Of a DNA stretch of 64,000 bases, positions 47,799 to 60,554 are shown piece after piece; the first letter of the stretch is position 1, and each line of letters begins with the position of its first letter. The notes under the pieces are model-generated. The model was given only the letters and a program-made list of their open reading frames with translations. It had not been told where the DNA came from and searched no databases. This DNA comes from Eutreptiella sp. 'Long Island Sound 2002' (lineage: Eukaryota > Protista > Euglenida). A program made the position numbers and the translations under genes. The stretch spans positions 13,082,001 through 13,146,000 of the forward strand of contig OZ038378.1 in NCBI GenBank assembly GCA_964036045.1, written 5' to 3'.

Positions 47799-49733
47799 GC
47801 CGTATTTGTTCTGTAAGTCAAACTTCTGTTGCGCATTCATTCAAGAGTGCATGTAGTTCAGGGTTGCCTACAAAATTCCCCTCAAACTGCTAGCATGAGT
47901 TCAATGGTGGTCCTGGACAAATGACATGCTGCACCGCATGGTGTGATTTGCACGGTAGTGCTACTTGTCAAAAACTCAGTGCCTTGTTGAGAAGGATCAT
48001 AGAATATATCTAGCTAACATTTAGGAAACAACTTTAAACCAAACCCAATATTGGATCATTTACCGTGCAATGTGTAAGGTTTGATAATTGCAAGACCAAT
48101 CATGTTAAGTAGCAAGAGTGCAAAGCTTAGTGGCAAGTTGACAGTGCCAGAGTGCCTTAACAAAACACCGAAATCCACATGAGCTTGAGACCTCTTATAC
48201 CCATACCATGACGGCACTTCAGCGAGGGTACCAAATTTGTGAATCGTGAAGTTGCTATCCCAAATTTGAGGGGAAACCGAATGTTTGGAGTGCTCAGCCC
48301 AAATCCCCAACTTGATACGCCAACAGGTTTGTGGAATGTGAGTCCATAACTTAGAAAACTACCCGATGTGTGGGTCGCAAACCCATGTCAGAAAGCTCAA
48401 AAGCCCACAAACTTTGTGAATTGTGAACCTCTATCCCCAACTCACGGAACCATGAACTGCTTTGATTGTACATCGGCATCTCCAACCCAACGGGCCAGCG
48501 AACTTCTGCATTTGGGAAGCATGTGTCTTGTTATTCAAAATACATTTGTAAAAGAAGTTTTGTGGTCATGTTGTAGGTGAGTGTATCTTTTTTGCCTCAT
48601 AGGGGTGAATTTTTTTCCCTTTTGGCTGCAACAGCAATTTCTTTTCTTTCAAATTGCTGTAATTTTTAAAATTAAAGCCGACATACAACATTTTGGTTAC
48701 CCATATTGTGTTTTTTTTCTACGCCATCCAAGTTAGAAAAAAACTTCAACTGCAACATTGACATGTGGCTCGTTCCACCCATTGTGCCTGCGTGGTGGGT
48801 GCCGCGGGGGTCGCGAATACCCTTGTTGGCTCTGTGGGTGTTGTGCGTTGTGCGCTCTATGCTGCCCCTCCCTCCCTTTTTCTACACTTGGGCCCCTACT
48901 GAGTTCAGCCTGTGTAAAACTAGAAAAGAAAAAGAGGGGGTGGCATTGAAACCATCATCCCCGATGGGGTACTGTTGGGGATCCATAGGACCGCAGCTGT
49001 CCGACGATCCCCCCGGTCACTTGCGCTCTCTTGCCTCAGCCATGAGGGCTTATCCCACTGCCTCGGTACATACTGCCTGTCAACGATTGCTGGTGGTTGT
49101 GAATGGACATGGGTGCCACGTGTAGTATGCTCTCCTGCCCCCATTTGCATTGTGATGCTCCACCACAATAGGCATTGAAAGTGGAGGACATTGGCACGAA
49201 ACAGAGATGCAGCCCATGTCCAGCGTTCAAACAATGCATTAACTTCCGAATTAAAAATACTTCGACAATTTGAGGAACATGGCCCATTATTCACCTTGCT
49301 GTGGTCAGCTGAGGATACATTTAACAAATCAAATGAGAATTTGCTCTTGTTGACCCTTTCCCCCTTGTGCCCGCCAATCATGTACTGTGCTCGGGTGGGG
49401 TTTGGAGAGGGCACTGATTGGCGTGCTGTGGTGGGCATAATTTTGATGATGGATGAAACAAACTTGGCTGGGCTGGGTTCAGGTTGGAAAATATCAACAG
49501 AAACATTTGTGCTGAGAGGTGGGGTATAACAAAAAGTGAAACAACCAACACCTGTGGTCTCCTGCATGTGAGATGTACAGAGCGCAACAAAGGCAAGAAA
49601 TTACTCAAAAAAAATAAGCAATGCATGCTAAAAGTGCAAGTTCCTTGCAGCTGACTGCATCTCACAAGCACTGTGCCACACTTTTGCAGGCAGGTACAAA
49701 GCCCTTGGTATGAAGACTACTGACATTGGGCAG

Positions 49734-49804
49734 GATCCTCAGGCAATCTCCTCAGTTTGCAGTTGGCTAAATTTACTGCAAAAGATTCACTGTGTCTCAG
49801 ATCC
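49734..49804 (-). promoter_or_regulatory. Candidate SECIS element in the 3' UTR of the DsbA-like gene
   Basis: Minus strand GTGA-ATCTTTTGCAGT-AAATTTAGCCA-ACTGCAAA-CTGAG fits RUGA-N12-AA-N19-GA, with UUUGCAGU/ACUGCAAA pairing and an outer GGATC/GATCC stem, 218 nt after the stop. Folded by eye only. Confidence 0.5.
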
Positions 49805-50007
49805 ACACCAATGAGTTGGAGACATGCAAGTGGCTGAGCCCCATGCCTTGGACTGACGCAATCGCCTTGTGACCCCACCCTGTTTGCTAGATACACACCA
49901 TCAAATACACCAACGCAAACTGGTTCAAGATGTTGTTGGGAAGCTGTTACAGCTGCCTGTGTGTTTTGCTCTCCAAGGACTTGCAACTGGTGGACAATCT
50001 ATGCCAC

Positions 50008-50294
50008 CTACTTCAGCAGCTGGTTGAATACCTTTACCCATTCCTCCGTTGGGTTGGCCCCAGAGAGGGTGTATCTGTCATTGATGATAAAGTAGGGCAC
50101 CCCTGAGACATTCATCTGTGTCTTTGCCTGTCTGTCCTGCTGGCGTACCTCAGCCAGGCCCTCGTCGGACATCATGTACTGTTCAACATCAGGCAACCCA
50201 AGCTCCGTGCCAATACGTACCAGCACATCCCGCTTGCTCACATTCTCGCCCTTCTCGTAGAGACCAACAAGGACCCTTTCCTTGACCTCTGACC
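50008..50294 (-). CDS. DsbA/FrnE-like selenoprotein, exon 3 (terminal)
   Basis: CCCACAG acceptor (50296-50295), phase matches exon 2; SEVKERVLVGLYEKGENVSKRDVL...MNVSGVPYFIINDRYTLSGANP with the cis-Pro GVP loop; TAG at 50010-50008. Confidence 0.92.
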
Positions 50295-52998
50295 CTGTGG
50301 GAGGTGAGCGCGTCTCAAGATGACCCCTTAGCCGCAGCCTCCTTTAATCTCTCACCCGAGCAGGACTCTAGTACCTAGCTGCAGCAGAGACAACCACTGT
50401 TGCGGAGAGTCATGGGTGTCACGGGTAGAGGCACAGGTAGAATCAATCCCCCCATCTGTCCCAAGCTGGCAGTCTGGGAGGGGCACTCAGGTTGTTGGGC
50501 CTGGAAGTGATTGATGTTTTGGGAGATGGCAAAAAAAATTCGGTGGTAACATCCACCTGCTTTGAAATCAGTCACTGCAGGGGTCACATTTTGCCCACTT
50601 CATCTCCACTTGTTTGGGCCCGTTCATGTACCATAGCCCACGGGCTTGGCATCGTTGAGTTTTGAGCCGTTGAGGCTGAAAACTGCTGTGGACCCCCCCA
50701 GCACCCATTGGCCGCATAAGGTGAAGCCTAAACATGCTTTCCATGGCGGGGTAGCCATAGAGTCAATGAGGTTGCCAACGATGCTTTGGGCATTTGACTA
50801 ACAACAGTAACCAAGAGCTGCATAACCTTATCAGGCTGCTTTTGGGCGGTATCAATTCATTTGTATATGCCGGTGTGCCATGCGCCGCAGGACATGAAGG
50901 TCATTCGGGACTCATCAGGGCAGGTGCTATGGTGCACATCAAGAGCTGTAGCTATCCGTCACTAGCCATGGGTGCATTGACCACTTGATAACAAATGTGG
51001 ATCACACATTGGTTTGTCCTCACAGCCACCTGCACATCTCTTTCTTTTTTTTTTTTGCTGCACAAGAAGTCTTTCGGGCAGGTTTGCGCTGGATCTGCAT
51101 CCGGACGACCGCCAGGTTTCTACCCACGACTCAACCCATGAATGTGGGTTTGCTGGGATTAAGCCCACCAGCCCTAAACCTTGAACCAAGATTCTTTGAA
51201 AGATGGTCTCTGCTGTGCCTTATGTTATGGAGGCGCCTCCCATATCTGCTGGCCCGCCAGGTTTTGATGCAACAAACCCTGCAAGATGATTTCGGGATGA
51301 TTTTTGATTACGGGCTGAATAACGGGGCGGGGTCAATTTTTGGACCCCTCCCCCCAACCTCCCACCCCTACCCCCAGAGTGGCGTCCAAGCAGGAGGAGA
51401 TCTGAGGGGTCAAATCGAAAAATTCCTTGGAAGACACTGAGGGAGCCCGCCGCACTGCGCGCACTGTGCATTGCACTGCGTGCTGTGTTTTGTGCGCTGT
51501 TTCTTGCATTTTCCACGAATTTTCAGGTTGGCAACGGTGGCCTAAGGGGTAAGCATACAGCAATGGATGATGATGAGAGGAGAAAGATGCACTCTTTGAC
51601 ACGGCCATCACAACAAAGAAGGCATGCACCTCATGGGGTGCCCAAGCTCACAAGGTACCGTTTCGACCGTTTCCGTGGCTATTGTCCACAATCGCGACAG
51701 CCATTGCAACCTGGCATGGCGCCCTATCCTGCAGCCATGGCAGACGGGCTCACTGGGGGTTACAGGGCTGGTGAGGTGCCGAGAAAAAGCACAACGGAAA
51801 GATATAACAGTGCCACCAGAACAAGCAAAAAGGGCAACGCCCAAAAGACAGGGCACTGCGTGTTAGGCTCCCTCACTGTTGGGTACCTAAATGATAATTT
51901 TCAGAAGGGGTAAAGCATCCGGGTCCATAATTTTGGGTATGCTATGTGATGAGCCTCCAAGAGTGGGTCCAAACGGCGCTCTCGCTTGCCCATGGTCTCA
52001 CAACCCCTGTTCGAGATAATGAAATTGCCTCGAGCAGGTCCAAGAATGGCTCTCACTAACATAGCACAAAGTGGGCCATTCACTGCGACAAATTTTGCCC
52101 ACCCTGATACAAATGGCATCAAAATAGAACAAATGAAATGGCCAAGGGGGTGTGGCTGCCCATGTGTGTGCTCGTATTGTCACCAAAAAATGACTCAAGC
52201 CTGACCTAAGGCCCCCGAGGGTCACCCAAAAATCACCAGTGGCACCCCAGAGAGGGGCTGATAGTGAGCATGTGGAGATGTGGCGCCAGCGAGCCCCACC
52301 ATTGGATACGTCCATATCGACAGAAAAAGTAGAAAGTGACCCAGTCTGGATTGACGAATAGTGGCCGCAATTGCCCATCCAAGTCCCGTTGAGCCCTCGC
52401 ACGCCAACCCCAAATGCCCTATCCACCTTGCCCCCTTAAAAGTGGCTTCAGGCATCACCTCGCAGTACTTGTACAGGCATATGTATTTGCGAGCCATTTC
52501 TCTGCAAGGCAGAATTGCTGGTTTGGGGACTCTTTTCTTGGACAAACTATGTATGTTGCAAGGAGATAAATGCTCCATTTCATATGATACATGAATTGGC
52601 CCAGTAAGCAGGGGTATTTTTCGTTTCCCATATGTGTAGGGCAACCTGGTTTGATCTCACAGATGGGCATTGTTGATCAAATGGTCAATTTGGTGGTGTT
52701 TCCAACCAGGTGTTGCCTACGGTTGTGCGAAACGCCCCAAAAACAGCCCTTGAGAGGCCTATGGGCACTGGGCCTCAGTCGGTGATACATGGCTGCCAAT
52801 GTGTTTGCATGTGTTTGTAGTGCTGCCAAAGGATGACCCAAGGCAGGTCCATTGCAGCCCCCCCTCCCCCCCCCCCCCGAGGATATTTTTCTCGCATAAA
52901 GTAAGGATGTCACAGGGGGTCAATCCCCTGAATTCATTGCCTTGGGCTACAGGGCATACGGAGTCACACGAAATGGAGAGAGATGCACAGTGGGATAC

Positions 52999-53170
52999 CT
53001 TTGTTGTGCTTGACCCCATATTGAATGAGCCGGTGTGTGTGGAGTGTGTTGGGCCAGAATGCCCAATTGGCAAACTCAAGGCCATCAGCCTTTGCCCCTC
53101 GGATCATGGAATGGGTCCACCCATCCCCGCCCCATCTTTTGCGCATATACTTCTGGGCATCCATGCCATC
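52999..53170 (-). CDS. DsbA/FrnE-like selenoprotein, exon 2
   Basis: CTCTCAG acceptor and G|GTATCC donor; DGMDAQKYMRKRWGGDGWTHSMIRGAKADGLEFANWAFWPNTLHTHRLIQYGVKHNK; 172 nt joins phase 0 to phase 1 correctly. Confidence 0.92.
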
Positions 53171-55459
53171 CTGAGAGCGGCGTGCGGGGATGAGCAAGAT
53201 GTGGATCTAAGTAAGATGTGACGCAGAATCCACCTGCCCATTGCCATGACTATGCGGTACATCTGTTGTCAACCTCCATCAACACCAGTCTGACCAACAT
53301 TCCCACAGGGGCCATAAGCATGGTGTCATCTCAGCACGGGATCCCTGTCTCACCGTTGTTCCACGACTTGGCTGTGCTTGCCCAAAGAAGGGGCAGGGTG
53401 AGCTGTTTGACAGGTCTCCCTCCAGCTACTCATCCGTTTCTGGCAAGCATTGTGCCTGGATACCGCACACACCCCTAGACTCATCCATGGTACAGTATGT
53501 GCATCTCTGCACAACGCAACCCAAAGGCAAGCGGCTCTTGGGGCATTTGGGACCAGCATAGCTACGTCAGCTGAAAATATCGTCAACCAAATTGGCAGGT
53601 CGAACTTAGCCATAACAACAGGAATGATGCCCCCCGCCCCCCTCTCCAGTTTCAGAATGGGAGACTCCGCAGTCATTGAGGCATTGCGGGGGGGGGGGGG
53701 GAGGGTTCACTAATCCGGGGCACCAAATTTGGGGGAGGGCAAAGAGACTGCTTTCTGTGCGCCGTGGGCACTGCAGGGTTACAAAACCCTATTTTATTGC
53801 GGTTCGATCTGTTTCACAGTTTGATTTGTTTCGCGATTCAAGTAGACAACAACTACACCAAATAAATCACAAATGGTGCCCTTTGGTGAGTAGTTGACTT
53901 CCGAGGACACACATTCAGCAGAGCATGATGTGAGAGAAGACCCGGAGTCGGTGTCAGAATCAGGTTTCTGTTGCACTTTGTTCTCAAAACCGCCTGCCAC
54001 TACCCACAGACCACCTGGAACTCAGTAAGAGGCCCCAAAAAGACCTTCTTTATGGTGTGGGCTAACGGCCATTTGCAAACCCATTGCATATTTCATTTTG
54101 GGGGGGGGGGGCATTTCAGTTTGTATGCGACACTTCACCAAAGGTGTGAAAGTTATGAGCGGTACTCTAGTGGCTAATGCCTTGGACCTGTAACATGTGA
54201 ATTCCAAATCCCACTGTGTATCTTTTTATGACCTAGCCCAAACCCAATGATGTAGGTCAGTTGTAATGTGGGTTTTGATGCAGTCTTCACGTTCATAGTC
54301 CACTTTCTTGTCACAAGATTGCAAAACATTGCAAAACATTGGAAAACAGCAGCCCAACATTGTTGAACACACTGTACTTGCCATACTTTTTGACACAGTC
54401 ATCCACAGTCACATGCTCGGCAACCCTCTTCCTAAAACCAGATTGTTTGGGTTCCTCGGGGTTTGGTTTCCTCGCACGGCTCTTGTCATCATTTAAAGTC
54501 GCCGTTGATGAGGTGGCAACCTTTGTTGTGAAAAATGGTGATGGTGCGAGGTAATTTGCACAAATCGAACACAATGTTGTCTACGGAGGTGTCACGGTGC
54601 CATTGTGCAGAGAGGGCTTGTTGAGCTACGTCAAGGTCAGTGACAGCAGTCAATGGTGACCCCTTGCTGTCACACACAGCACACTTAGTCATGGCAATGA
54701 CGTAGCAGGCAAACAAAACAAAATGATAAGGCAAGTGCACAAACAATCAGCAATTAGCAGTGTGAACTAAAAAACCCTTTTTCAGTGCTTGAAACCAGTG
54801 ACCCAGCGATTCGGGGTACCAATTCGGGGCAATTCAGGGGATTCAAGCCCCAATTTGGGAGCAATCAATTCACCATGCGTTGAAATACCTGGAAACAACA
54901 TGTAGAGCAATGGTAAACTTGCATGCCGGGCTTGCTTTCAGCAAGTCAAACGAAGTCGAAACTGCGAATTTGTTGCCGAAACAAAACCGAACATGGCAAA
55001 TAAGGCCTCAACGTGAGACCACCCCTTCTCACCATGCACACCACAAGCGTGTAACACGCGGAGCGCACTGGGCGGCCCGCCTTAAGCCATACCCCGATAC
55101 CTGAACCTAACAACTACTATATACTGGGTCCTGTGCCTAACAAACAAACATGAGCAACGAGTCGTTGTCCAGAGCAAGTCTCGGGTGCGCTAGTGAGCAC
55201 CTATGCGTGCCAAGAAAAGCGTTCACAAGGTAGTGGAATGCAACATCAAGAGAACCGAATTGCTTAATGAATGTAGAACAAAGTAACAGCTCCACCAAGC
55301 TCAGTTATGAGGCCAAACAAGCATCTACATTGTCAGAAAATTTTGAAAAGCCGAAGCGGTGAAGGGTCGTCCATACAAATGAGCCCATAGGACAGAAGAA
55401 TATGCAACATTTTCTGACCACACAATGGCGGGAAATGCTGAAATTCACTGTGTGCATCA

Positions 55460-55760
55460 AATAAGCAAATAGGAGAGCAAATGTCCAGTGCCACTACCGA
55501 GGAGGTCTGTCAGCACTTTGTTGGTGGCGAAGTGAATCAAAATGGCATTTTGCGTGGAGTTTTGGGATTGAGAACTGCGCAAGTGTCCAAGGTTTGCAAG
55601 AGAATCGGCTTGAATGTTCCCGTATAAATCAACATGCGAGGGAGCTTTCAAAAAAGCGGAGTGCCCGTCTTATTTTATCCAACTCATCTAGGAGTTTCTC
55701 CCGAAGGGGAACAGTGAGAATAGGACCATTGAAACCTATCCACCCCTTGCGTTTCCGGCG
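55460..55760 (-). mobile_element. RNase H-like retroelement fragment inside intron 1 of the DsbA-like gene
   Basis: LLDELDKIRRALRFLKAPSHVDLYGNIQADSLANLG matches the RNase H C-terminal V.AH.G..GNE.AD.LA motif. Confidence 0.65.
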
Positions 55761-56329
55761 CCTAGCGGCACTCTTGTGAATCGGTACAAATTAAAATGAA
55801 GCCATACCGGAAAATTTCTAATGTTGGGACTGCTGCCTGCAACGCAGCAAAGATACACGACTAGCGCAGTTGGGTAACCCAACGGGAGAGCCACGCGAAC
55901 CCTAGACTCCGAAAATACGCCGAAACCGGCTACCATCACATTACCCCCCCCCCCCTTGAACAAGAAACACCTCCGCGCGACGGTTCCCTTACACCCCCGA
56001 GGGAACATACCCCAAGTGACGGTTCCCTCGCCCCCCCCCCCCCCGACCCCCCCGCTTACGAAGCAAGGGACGCGCAACACGAAGCAAGACAGGCAAATAG
56101 CAGGGCGGAAGAACCACCAAATGACCTGAAAAAGGCCTGCTGACATGCATGCTTAGGTCCACTAAGACACACGCGCAGTGGGCCACTTTTTCTGGTGGGA
56201 GTATTCGACTTTGAAGAGCTGGACATGCCCAACAGTGACCACTTGAACTACTGAAACACCTAAAAATTGCTGTTTGAGATACATGTTCACGTCTGTTGAG
56301 GCACAGGCTCCGTGTACCACTTTCTTTGG

Positions 56330-57760
56330 TGAGAGTATTTGGCTTTGAAGAGCTACACATGCTCAACAGGGGCCACAGGGATGGGCTCTCCAGCTCCAAG
56401 CTTGGCTGCAGGCTTGGCTGCCACCTTGGCAACAAGAGTGGCAGCAGCTTTGGCTCAGACCTTTTTGGACCATGATTTGCAGCCTTGGAAGCAGGCTTGG
56501 CAGCCGGCTTCGCAGTGTCTCCAACCCGTGTGGCAAGTTTTAGGGCTAAGGAACATCACACGTGAAATATAATTTCCCATTGGCAAAAAAATTTACCAAT
56601 CCCCACACTCCACACGCACTCTTTGCCCACACCATCTCAGTGTATGATCCACTGTCTTCTTCCACACTACTTGGCAAACCACTATCGATAGAAGTCAATG
56701 ACGACACATCAAATTCTTTGTCACTTTGAGAAGCCCTTGACACTGACCCTAACCTTGGACCTGAAGAACTTGCCCCATCACTGGCACCCCCCGATGAACC
56801 CTCAGACCTGCCTGAGATGGTGAAAGAGGATTGCAAGAAGATTTAGACACCGGGCCATCAGACTCGGAACCAAAAGCGGAATCAGAATCAATGTCGAGAT
56901 CTGTATCAAGCCCGTCCAAAAAATTCCGCGTCCAACAACTTAGCAAACCCCAAGCCGTCGGCGAAATAGGCAGCCTGAGTGGCTGCCTTGATGTCCTCCC
57001 CGGAAAATCAGTTCCCATGCATCCCGAATCCATGTTGCCATCAAATGGCGTGGTGGACTTGGTATCGCATCCCTTTCCCCGGACCTTCAACCACGGGGCC
57101 AAGCCACTCCAAGAAAAAGGCCTCAACATGTTGCCCAAACTGCTGATTGATTTCTGCCTTGTCACACCCTTGTGCACATGCCGTACCATTGGGCGGACCA
57201 GTGTGCATGGAAAACTGAATGTGTTGCAAATTTTTGCACAAGGATGGGTGCATGTGGCATGCTGCACCATCCATGGGTGTCGGTGTATGGAAGGCACACT
57301 AATTTTTCAGCAGCTGTATGGGTGCGCCTCAATGGCTTGGCAACCGCAAGGCCGTACACCGTCGCTTAGTAGGTTTTTTCAAGCACTCAACCAATAGCGC
57401 ATCGTCGGCGGTGGTGGGGGACCGTGGCCGTTTTGGGGGTGTCCAACTTCAACTGCTCTCCGACAGGTTGGCAGTTGAGGGAGGTGTGACAGGTTGTGGG
57501 GTAAGGGGAGAGGCATCTGTGCTATGGGGGCACAATCATGTGTCACCATAGAGCCAGACCGCTTATAGGGGATGGAAGAATACTCAGCACCATGTTCAGA
57601 AGGGCCCGGAATCCTAGCAAGCACAACAGTGCCTTCGGAACGCTTGAAGTTGACAACCGTACTAGGTGTGTACGTGTCAATATGCTCAACATCCATGGCT
57701 GAAATTGCGAAATACTGAGAGGTTTGCATGATACAGGGTCCACTACAGGGTCCACTACAG
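56330..57760 (-). pseudogene. Decayed ORF (SH3/Tudor-like domain, Ser/Asp-rich linker, AKPAA repeats), probably a transposon accessory gene, in intron 1
   Basis: Frameshifted segments STVVNFKRSEGTVVLARIPGPSEHGAEYSSIPYKRSGSMVTHDCAP, DTDLDIDSDSAFGSESD, AKPAAKPASKAA...AKVAAKPAAK. Confidence 0.4.
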
Positions 57761-57949
57761 TGCCTTGGATGCAAGAAACATAAAGAACACAACAATGCAC
57801 AAATGTTACTACCTTGTCCAACCAACAAACACATGGGAGAAGCTCAATATCGAACTTTTCTGTAAATTGGGGAAAGTGAAGTGTTGGTTCCCTCGCCCCC
57901 CCCCCCTTTACTATGCAGGGGCGTTTCTTGTACAAGAGGAGGGGAAGGG

Positions 57950-59650
57950 GGGTAGTCCATTCTGAGAGCTGTGCAAAGCAGTCTGTCCAAACTGGTTCAA
58001 ATTCTTGGGCAACGTACTCAGAGAGTTATTCTTCTACCTTCACTGCCAACTCAATTTTCCTTGCTTGCTTGCTTGCGGCCTTAAGCTGTTCTTTGGATGG
58101 TGGTGGTGTGGGGGGGGGGGGACATAGTGCCGGATGGACAAGCTTGCCAGAGTCCCGAAAAGCGACCAGAGCACCATGGAAGGCGTGCAAGTCCCCCAGG
58201 CTGAGGCTGAGCAGAAGAACTGGTCCTGTGAGCCAGCACTTCAGCCAAAGAAATCCAATTGGTAACGAAAATGGCCCATGTGGGCCGAAAGGCGGGAACA
58301 AACTTTTTCGGGCACCGTAACTTCCAATTCACGAAGACTGCAGACCAGGCGAGGATGCCTTGGGGGGTGGAAAGAGAGAGCTCAACGCTGCAGGTGGTGA
58401 GCATATGAACCGCCATTGTGCCGACGGGAAAGCATTTTTGAATCAAGTCAAAAGCTGCAGTCAAAAGCCAGCACAACCCACAAGAGTGGGTGACAGTTTC
58501 TAAATGTCCATCAAGAGGGCAGTGCATTTCAAGGGGTTTCAGGACTTCTGTCTGTCCCCAACTTGTAATTTCTCCCATAGGGCTTCATGAACAAAACTCT
58601 TTAATCTCAAAATGCAATGGAAGTTTGTGAAAAAGACGCTAAACAGATGGGTCCTGAAGCTTAGCCAGGCAATGTGGCCTTGAAAAAAGGAGTGCAGTAT
58701 CCGTTTTGGTCCACTCAGCCCAGAAGCTTGCCAGGGGGGCAGGATCTGGGCGGTAATTGGGGTAGGGTGGACCCCAGGGTGGACGGTGAATCCCCACACA
58801 GTTTAAGTGTTTCCACGTGGGAGCGATGAGACAAAAGAGCTCATCATCCTCCAGAACTTGCCAACAGTAAGTACATGTTTACCGATGAGGGGGTTGTGGA
58901 GGTCTGCCGTGCCAGCAATCGCACCATCAGGTGCCCCCAGGCCCCTAATTATCATCCGGGCACCGGTCCAAAATGTCACCATGGCGCCCCGACAATTGGC
59001 CACATACTTCAGTCCACTTTGGTCTATCCCTCTCCACTCAGGAGCCCCCCACACAGGAGTGTCGGTGACACCCTGCGGTAATCCGTACCCACCTGTGCAC
59101 TCTGTCCCCTCACTGTTATTGTTGCTGTCACCAGATGGCATATGTTCCTGACACCTCCAACCACAATGAAAGCTCGTTTCATTGCTCACAGGGCATCAGT
59201 GATAACAGCCCCTGACACTGTGCTGCCGTGACTCTTGATGTTGCGGTGGGTCAAAGAAATGGGGCCATTTTGTCAAGTGGCGGCAGAGTACTAGCATGCA
59301 AACAGATCCCAGCTGCAGTACACCATCTCAAAGCGCTCAGAACCTTGAACGTCCGAAGCAGAGGAGGAGGCGTCCCAAAACCTGGGGCCCAGCAGCTCAT
59401 GTTCTCTGGGCAGGCCAGTGTAGGCAGGAGCCCAGCTATTTCAGCATTGGTGGTGTTTGGTTTCTGCAGCACTTGTTGGATCCTTGCCTCATCCTTCTTT
59501 TGCTGGTGATGGGCTGGTTTACCCGCTTGCGGTCCCTGCGGGGGTTTATAGTTGGCATGTGCCTTGAGTCCTCTTTCCGTGAGCGCCAGTCATTATTGCA
59601 TGGGTATGCACAAATTTACGAGTACGGGATGAAAGATATCTAGCGCTGTG
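57950..59650 (-). mobile_element. Decayed LINE 3' fragment in intron 1
   Basis: LTERGLKAHANYKPPQG (RT-downstream region), HEALWEKLQVGDR and HCPLDGHLETVTHSCGLC (C-terminal Cys/His motif), with stops and frameshifts. Confidence 0.45.
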
Positions 59651-60025
59651 TGCCTGCTGGACTTCTATCTTACCATGGCCTGTGCGGATGGTCCACATGC
59701 AGACATGGTGCACTGTTGTGAAAGGCACGGGGCAAACATGCCATCATGCCCCGTCTCCTTCCCTGGTTTTGCGATCCTGCCGCTCCATTCCAAGGTACCA
59801 CACAGTGTCCAAAGCGACGTCTCTCATCCCTAAGACCTGCACCGCCAAATCTTGTGGTGCTAAACCTGACGGAGAAAACCAACAACGACGCTTACGTGTT
59901 GTTTAGACATGGGGTTGGAATACAGCAGAATGGTCCTTTAATTATGTGCACCGTTCTGCTCTGCTCTTTGTCAAATCTGTCCTGCACCGTCCATGACACG
60001 TGACACACATGGGTTCAGGAGACAC

Positions 60026-60181
60026 CTCTTGAACGGATGCGTCGATCATGTAGGAGTGCCACGTCGTGTGAAACTGGACTTCAGGAAAACGCTTCATAGC
60101 ATTCTCCATCCGTCGTTTCCCGACGTAACACCAAGGTCATGCAACATCAGATATAACTTGCACCGTGATACTTTTTGACAT
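60026..60181 (-). CDS. DsbA/FrnE-like selenoprotein, exon 1, with in-frame TGA (predicted Sec) at 60139-60137
   Basis: MSKSITVQVISDVA-TGA-PWCYVGKRRMENAMKRFPEVQFHTTWHSYMIDASVQE; 156 nt; GAG|GTGTCT donor. TGA occupies the first Cys position of the FrnE-family SDxxCPWCYIGKRR motif. Confidence 0.9.
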
Positions 60182-60214
60182 TGTGTTATCTCTGGGACAA
60201 CCGGAAGTCGACCC

Positions 60215-60226
60215 CTGAAAGAGAAG
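60215..60226 (-). promoter_or_regulatory. Pyrimidine tract plus AG (cis- or SL trans-splice acceptor) 33 nt upstream of the DsbA-like ATG
   Basis: Minus strand TTCTTCTCTTTCAG|GGGTCGAC...ACAATG. Confidence 0.55.
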
Positions 60227-60554
60227 AACAGGGCACTGATGTGGTGATGTGGTACCCCCCATCCAGCCATGCCATGCCACATCGGTATATTCCCACTTCA
60301 ACTAGTCTCCCTTTTGCCTAACCCCTTTTGCGTGATCCTCCCCCCCCGGGTGGAGGGGATTGTCACAAAGTGACTCATGGGGTTTGGGGGGCGGGGGATT
60401 GCACCACCAAAAAATTGTCTTCATATTGTACGTGGACAATACCCAGCATGTTTCCTACGTTGCAACCATTTTCTAACTTACACAAGGGCCACCAAAATTC
60501 TATTGCCTTCGGCAAGTCCACCTCGCAGAGAATCTACTCCAAGCAACGCACACA

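Noticed and set aside
60094-60282. 62-aa ORF called by the track over DsbA-like exon 1
   Set aside because: Wrong frame; the conserved motif is in the frame starting at 60181 that contains the TGA.
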